Origin: Armatimonadota bacterium
GTDB lineage: Bacteria; Armatimonadota; SYMT01
Length of the DNA: 64,000 nt
NCBI GenBank assembly: GCA_041690135.1
Contig: JAWLHY010000002.1
Coordinates: 784,342 to 848,341, forward strand
Direction of reading: 5' to 3'
Below the pieces are notes generated by a model. It was not told the origin of the DNA and did not search any database. It saw nothing but the letters and a program-made list of their open reading frames with translations. The translations under genes and the position numbers were made by a program. Below, one piece after another: positions 55,632 through 64,000 of the stretch. Within the stretch, counting starts at the first letter, position 1. Each line of letters opens with the position of its first letter.

Positions 55632-56834
55632 ATGGAGAGACCGGATGGCCTCGACTTTCTGTTGGACCTCCCTCTCTGGGATCTTGACGGCAGGATTGCT
55701 CGTGTTCAAGAGTATCTCGTCGAGCACCCCCATTGCGCGTTAGCCTGGGGCATCCTCGGGAACACTTACCTCCGGAAGCTCGGCAAGAGAGCAGAAGCGA
55801 AAGCGGCGTTCGAGCGCGCGATGGTGGAAGATCCCCACGATTTCGGATGGAGAATGGGTTGGGTTCAAAGCCTGGACTTTAGCCAGATGCAGTCCGAGGA
55901 TACCTGGAACACTCTGATGCCGGTTCCTAACCTGCCGTCGGTGGTCTTCGAGGTCCTGGAGTGTGTTTACCCGAGTTCCGCTCCTGGTTTGGTTCCTGGT
56001 GAGGGTGCACTCAAGTTAGCCCGGGACAATTTTCTTCTGCATCCTTCCAATCCAGAGTCAGGTTTGCAGTACGCGAAATTACTCTTAAGGCGACGGCGTC
56101 TGGAGGAAGCGGCTGATATCGTCGAGCGGGTCCTCCCTGACATCCCGGATAGCTGCGAGTTTGGGAGGGATTGGCTTCTTCACTGCCCTATGACGGCCAT
56201 TCTGACCCAAGAACAGCATGAGAATGCGGGCCGCATCCTCATGCGGGCGAATCGGCTATCAGCGGCAGCATCGGAGTTCCGGCACGCGCTGAAGCTTGCC
56301 AGATTCCTCGACTATCAGCCGAGTTGGTTGGAAACCTGGGCGATCAAGACGTTTGTCGAGATCGGGGAGATCGACGAGGCGATCGCGCTTTGCGACGAGG
56401 TTATCGCCATACCGGTGGTGGGGCTGGATCACCGGTTCGTCCAGCGTAAGCTGGAGGTGCTGCGAGAAGCCGGCAGAACGGATGAATATGTGCGTGCGTA
56501 TCGCTCCGCTCTTGAAGAACAGGACAACGAAGAGGTCTGGATGTTTGTTGGAGCGGTCTCAAGCTATCTACGCGAGCAGCAACGGTGGAGTGAGGCCAGG
56601 AGCTTTCTGGAGTTGTGGTTGGCCAATCGCCCCCGGTTTTGTCCTCCTGACTATTACCCTCCACTGGTGGAAGAGGTTCAGCCGGAGGTGTACCTGGAGC
56701 TGGGGAGGGTGAAGCAGGCGTTGGGCGACCTGGAGGGGGCTCGCGAAGCGTGGCATGTCGTACTCGAATCGAGTGATGCAGAAGTAGCGGCGCAGGCCAG
56801 GGCTGCTCTAGAAGTAGCATCAGACGGCGGTTAA
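55632..56834 (+). CDS. TPR-containing protein
   Basis: Several TPR-like helices; lower GC than flanks. Confidence 0.7.
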   Translation: MERPDGLDFLLDLPLWDLDGRIARVQEYLVEHPHCALAWGILGNTYLRKLGKRAEAKAAFERAMVEDPHDFGWRMGWVQSLDFSQMQSEDTWNTLMPVPNLPSVVFEVLECVYPSSAPGLVPGEGALKLARDNFLLHPSNPESGLQYAKLLLRRRRLEEAADIVERVLPDIPDSCEFGRDWLLHCPMTAILTQEQHENAGRILMRANRLSAAASEFRHALKLARFLDYQPSWLETWAIKTFVEIGEIDEAIALCDEVIAIPVVGLDHRFVQRKLEVLREAGRTDEYVRAYRSALEEQDNEEVWMFVGAVSSYLREQQRWSEARSFLELWLANRPRFCPPDYYPPLVEEVQPEVYLELGRVKQALGDLEGAREAWHVVLESSDAEVAAQARAALEVASDGG

Positions 56835-57898
56835 ATGAGCCTCTGAGAACATTAGAGGGGCTCGTGCTCGCACACAGCTTCCGTACCGGCCGCATATCGG
56901 AGCAGCAGGGGGACGGGTCTCGGACAGGTGCCCGTCAAATGTTTGACGATTGTGGTGTGGTGTCCGCTTGGAAGGATGAAGGCGCAAGCCATACGGCCAT
57001 AGAGGCTGAAGGTCAAGAGGGGATCTCCTTCCTCGTGCTTTCGTCCTATCGTGCTTCCGTGTTCCCTGGGCGGCCCCTTTCTCTGCGTCTTGCGCTCTCC
57101 TACGGGCCTGAACGGCTTTCCCGATTTCGTCCTCCTACGAAGGTGAGCGGATTCCCGCGTTCTTCGCTCCCCGCCGGGTGTGTAGACATTTCGCGTTTTT
57201 CGCGTTCTCTCCGGTTGGTTGCCTCTCATGGTGAGCAGGACTGTTCCGGGGCTGATCACCGGGGACGCAGGCGACCTTCAGAAGGATGAAGGATGAGGGG
57301 TGAAGGCGGAAACCCTACGGCCGTAGCGGATCAAGGATGAAGGGGAGGTCTCCTGGAGCGGGAGTGCGCAAGGTTGACTGAAGTGTCCAGGAGGGCGGCC
57401 GGCGAGGAGTCGGAACGGCAGTTGGGGCCGAGATATTTCTCGGACTCCGCGGCATGGTTCAGGATTGTATCCGAGTTGGCGTGTACGGCATCGTTGGCCT
57501 GGGCCCGGTTCTCCGTACAGTCCCAGGTGGGAACGGGGTGAGAGGGCAGGGTAACAAGTACGAGTTTGCGCTGGGGTCATCGGGTGCGGGCCAGGGCAAG
57601 CAGGGCCACTGCCCCTACATTTCGGTTCACCAGGGCGGGCCGGGAAACGCGGGGCGTCTGCACTCGCCGCTCCTCATCTCAATCGTAGTCATCACCCCAA
57701 TCCCTCCCAGGTACCCTCCTCATCCTAATCTGCCCGTAGGCCTCTCCTTGTCCTTATCTTCATCATCCTTATCCTTATCTTCATCGATCCGGGGTATATT
57801 GACCACGAGCCCCTTCCAGGACCACTGGTCTGGGTTGTGCCTCATCGGTTACACTTCCTTGAGTCCATGCTAATAATGGTCGAGGAGACCGCGACGGA

Positions 57899-58354
57899 AT
57901 GAACCGCTTCTACGAAGACTTGATTCGCCAGATGGAGCAGGAGTTCGAACGCTCCGACGAGGTGCTGCGGCGGGTGCTGCACGCCTTTACCACTCCCGAA
58001 CGGTTCTGGGAGCCGCGAGCCGACGTCTATGAGACGCGGGAGGCCGTAAAGGTGAAGGTGGAGCTGGCGGGCGTCCGCCCGGAAACCATCCAGGTGGAGT
58101 TGTCCGGCGATGCGCGGACCCTGAGTATCCGCGGCGTCCGGGAGGATGAGCGCACCGAGGCCGTGGACCGCATCCTGTTCCACCAAATGGAGATTTACCT
58201 GGGCCCGTTCGAACGGGTATTGCCGATGCCGCCGGGCGCGGAAGTGGAACGGGATCAGGTGGCCGCGACGTACCGGGATGGCTATCTGCTCATCACCCTC
58301 CCGAAGCGCACGCGAGCGTCCCAGCAAATGACCCAGATCCAGGTTTCCGGTTAA
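57899..58354 (+). CDS. Hsp20/alpha-crystallin small heat shock protein
   Basis: WEPRADVYET, VELAGV, EI..GPFER...P, ATY.DG.L.ITLPK; GAGGAG RBS. Confidence 0.92.
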   Translation: MNRFYEDLIRQMEQEFERSDEVLRRVLHAFTTPERFWEPRADVYETREAVKVKVELAGVRPETIQVELSGDARTLSIRGVREDERTEAVDRILFHQMEIYLGPFERVLPMPPGAEVERDQVAATYRDGYLLITLPKRTRASQQMTQIQVSG

Positions 58355-58495
58355 GCGGAGCCCGGGACTAACCTCGCACGAGATGGGTAAAGGCAAGTCG
58401 TTCCTGCACGGAACCGACGGCCGGCCCAAACCGGGATCTCCGGGGCCCGCCACGCTGTAATGGCGCAGCGTCCCTAGAAACGGCGTGATGGTGTT

Positions 58496-61186
<2,691 letters not shown>

Positions 61187-62021
61187 TGCGTGATGCGTAA
61201 GGCGTAAGACCTCCGTCCACGGTGGTTGCGGAGGCGGGCGGTTATGCCTCGCACAGGCGGGGGATGCGTATTGCGAGATGCGTGGTGGGGAAGGCCTGGA
61301 CTATGCCTGATCGGCCAGTCCAGGCCTTCTTCCATTTGTCCCGACCCAAATGCCTGACCGCCTGCCGCGAAAACAGGCACCTACCGATCAAGATCCCCTT
61401 GCGGCCCCGCCCCCGGTTCCCGTTCTGCCAATCCAGTGCCTATCCTGGCCCCCAGTGTGGACTCGCCGATTGCATCGGCGTTTCGTGAGCATGCCCCGGC
61501 CTCCCATCCTGCCAACCCAGCGCCCGTCCGAAACCCACCCCGATGCACCTACCCTGCCCTGAAAGAGCCACCCAACAGTGGGCTATGCCATCCCGAGCGG
61601 AGGCCCGCGGGCGTGCTTGCGCAGGGCCGGGCACCCGGGTACCTACGGAGGGGGTGTGGTGGCGTTTACGGGTGTGGGTGGGGCGCCGGTACGAAACATC
61701 TCCTGGCGACCTTGACCTCGGAGCCCGTATTGACGGCCGGGAAACGCTCCAGGCAGCGTGCTGGAACCAGGGTAAGATCCCTCGCACGTGAGCCGTGTCC
61801 ACGTGACCGAACAGGTGCGGCGCGAGATGACGGGGTACTCCACGGCTGGATCGGCTGCCGGCATCGGCTGCAGTTGCACTGCAGCCGGAACGCTTCATGC
61901 GCAGTTGCACTGCGCCGCACCCGAATTGAGACCAGCACTGGCGATCCGGGTAATCCACGACGACAGCGAGACCACAGGTTTCCGCAGTGCAACTGCCCGC
62001 GATCGAATTTCCCAACAGCAT

Positions 62022-62086
62022 CCCGAATGCCCAACGCCCAACGCCCGAATGCCTGAATGCCCGAACACCCGAACACCCGAACACCC
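62022..62086. repeat. Octamer-family repeat (CCCGAATG/CCCGAACA)
   Basis: Reverse complement family of the 27653-27708 repeat. Confidence 0.8.
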
Positions 62087-62108
62087 AACCACCCCCTATC
62101 ATTTCCAC

Positions 62109-62137
62109 TTGATACGCACACAAGCGTTTGATATACT
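62109..62137 (+). promoter_or_regulatory. Sigma70-type promoter of Rad52-like gene
   Basis: TTGATA-17 bp-TATACT with extended -10 TG. Confidence 0.75.
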
Positions 62138-62198
62138 CTCCGTGAGTGGCAAACAGCCGTTCTCGTGTAGAAACAGGAATGGGATCATGGAGACGACA

Positions 62199-63104
62199 AT
62201 GGAGTTCACGAGAGAAGTCACGGAAGCGTTAGGGGCGGCGTTCCCCGAGGATGAAGTCGAGTTTCTGCCACGCGGGTTTTACAACGGCAAGGCGCGGGCG
62301 CTGGCGTACATCGATGCCCGCAGCGTGATGCGGCGCCTGGATGCGGTGGTCGGTCCCGGCAACTGGTCGTTCGATTTCGACGTGATGTCTCCGGACTGCA
62401 AGATGGTGAAGGGCCGTCTTACCGTGCTGGGGGTCACGAAGTGTGATGCCGGAGAAGCCGGGGCGGAGGACGAACCGCTCAAGTCGGCCGTCAGCGACGC
62501 GCTGAAGCGGTGCGGCGTGCATTTCGGCATCGGACGTTACCTCTACTACCTGCCCCAGGTGTGGGCGCCCTACGACCAGCAGAAGCGGCGGTTCACGGAA
62601 GCGCCGCGCGTTTCACCCGATGCGGTGAGCCGTGCCCTGGCCATTTGCGGTGTCTCCTCCAACGGGCGTCCCACGGCCCCCGCGGTCTACACGGCGGCTC
62701 GCCATGAGGCGTCCGAGAGCCTTGCGGAACCGATTGGCACTGGGACCAATGGACAGCCCGGGCGTGACTCGATCTGGAGCACGGGCGCCCGGCGCGAGGC
62801 GAATGGGGCCGGAGCAACGGCAACGCGGAACGGCGCCCGTGCTGCGGGACCCACTGAAACGCCCGCCGAGCGGAGTGCCGTTCGCGCCGAAAGCCGGCCG
62901 GCCGCGGCGCCTGCAGCGGCGTCGGCTGCCTCCTCATCCTCCGCGCCCACCGCAAGTGTTCCGGTGGATCCTTCCACGCTGGTTTGCAGCGGTGGAGGCT
63001 GCGGCAAGGCCCTGACCCGCGGTCAGCACGACATCAGCATCCGGGCCTTTGGCCAACCGCTTTGTCCGGCCTGCCAGAAGGAACGGGCTCGCGCGGCGGC
63101 CTGA
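62199..63104 (+). CDS. Rad52/Rad22-family single-strand annealing protein (DdrA/Sak-like) with C-terminal Zn ribbon
   Basis: LAYIDARSVMRRLDAVVG.GNW, K.AVSDALKR....FGIGRYLY.LP; low-complexity linker; C...C...LCPACQ; alternative start 62187. Confidence 0.88.
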   Translation: MEFTREVTEALGAAFPEDEVEFLPRGFYNGKARALAYIDARSVMRRLDAVVGPGNWSFDFDVMSPDCKMVKGRLTVLGVTKCDAGEAGAEDEPLKSAVSDALKRCGVHFGIGRYLYYLPQVWAPYDQQKRRFTEAPRVSPDAVSRALAICGVSSNGRPTAPAVYTAARHEASESLAEPIGTGTNGQPGRDSIWSTGARREANGAGATATRNGARAAGPTETPAERSAVRAESRPAAAPAAASAASSSSAPTASVPVDPSTLVCSGGGCGKALTRGQHDISIRAFGQPLCPACQKERARAAA

Positions 63105-63237
63105 CGCCAGAGCGGCTCCGTCCGGATTTATTGAAACGGACGGAGGGACAGATAGGGGAGCGACCGAACGGGCGTAGGTGTCCGGCAGGCTCGCTCCTCT
63201 TTTATTAAGCTCATCGATCCACAGGAGATTTCCCCAA

Positions 63238-64000
63238 GTGCACGCCTGGATGTGGCGGCTGACCGAAGCCCACGCCGTCCTTTACGTCGATGATCGCGCT
63301 CTGCTCAAGGCGGTGCTCGACTACCCCCGTTTCCCCCACAAGAATTTGGATCGAGCCACCACCTACGCTAACGCCAAGGGGAGAGTGTTCGCATGGCAGT
63401 TCACTTTCCCCGCCAGCCTCTGGAATGGCCTCGTCCGGCACCTGGGCCGCGCCAACGTGACCTATCTGGACCAGGACGTGGACTTTGGCCCACCCGTGGA
63501 GGCTCCGCCAGTGGTGGTCCCACCGGCGCCCGTAAAGAAGAAGGCCGCCTCCGTATCTCGCCCGGTCGCACCGAAGGGCAAGGAGAAGGCGAACCGCGCA
63601 TCTTCGCAGCCGGCCATCGCCGCTACCGCCGGGCCGAAGGCGGCGGCACCCGCGGCGCCGCCTTCGGCGCCCAGGGCTCGCAAATCCGGCAGGACAGCCG
63701 CCACCTTATCGGGCGAGACCCCGCCCCGGGTTTCCGTGCCAAGCTCACCACCAGTCGAAGCGGCAGCGCCGCTCGTCGCTGCACCACCCACCAGCGTGCC
63801 GTCCGCCGCGTCTCCGGAAGACGTATCGCCCCGCAAGAGCCGGCGAAGCGGCACGCAGCAACCCGTCGCACCCTCCCCGGGTCCGGCGACGACACCGTCC
63901 GCAGCCGCAGGATCTTCCAGCCGATCGCGCAACAAGGTCGCCGCTCCGGCGGAAGGAAGTAATGCCCCCACCGGAGTCGCGCCGCGTCCCGCCGATCCAT
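63238..64000 (+). CDS. Hypothetical protein with Pro/Ala/Ser-rich tail, partial
   Basis: AGGAG RBS, GTG 63238, frame VHAWMWRLTEAHAVLYVDDR...AWQFTFP... open to window end; missing from the ORF track. Confidence 0.7.
   Translation, partial: MHAWMWRLTEAHAVLYVDDRALLKAVLDYPRFPHKNLDRATTYANAKGRVFAWQFTFPASLWNGLVRHLGRANVTYLDQDVDFGPPVEAPPVVVPPAPVKKKAASVSRPVAPKGKEKANRASSQPAIAATAGPKAAAPAAPPSAPRARKSGRTAATLSGETPPRVSVPSSPPVEAAAPLVAAPPTSVPSAASPEDVSPRKSRRSGTQQPVAPSPGPATTPSAAAGSSSRSRNKVAAPAEGSNAPTGVAPRPADP

Noticed and set aside
56835-57850. ORFs or IS remnant in the 1-kb gap before hsp20
   Set aside because: Translations are low-complexity products of short repeats; no transposase motifs or terminal repeats recognised
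57847-57873. CIRCE (HrcA) operator upstream of hsp20-lon
   Set aside because: Only TGCTAA of the right arm matches; the left arm and spacing do not fit TTAGCACTC-N9-GAGTGCTAA

Overview
High-GC bacterial chromosomal window. The combination of SLH and copper-amine-oxidase-N domain proteins, two-subunit GcvP and Planctomycete-like secreted proteins suggests Armatimonadota or a related lineage (inference). Housekeeping blocks are larE-iscS, ald, a split gcvT-gcvPA...gcvPB operon, bcp, gluQ, a sugar ABC permease plus binding protein, ogg, hsp20-lon, a Rad52/DdrA-like annealing protein and two tRNA-fMet genes. They are interleaved with patchworks of small accessory genes (immunity-like array at 1-4.2 kb; 34.6-45 kb), a VapBC pair, an AAA-ATPase/DUF4276 pair inserted inside the gcv operon, and several families of REP/MITE-like and short-period repeats. 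The most striking unexplained structure is a ~250-nt highly base-paired non-coding element directly behind a DIP1984-family gene (6466-6723). It has a tRNA-like cloverleaf with a perfect T-arm, four spaced GCACYG repeats and long-range closing helices, and is a candidate protein-RNA system. All family assignments are from motif recognition by eye; no database searches were run.
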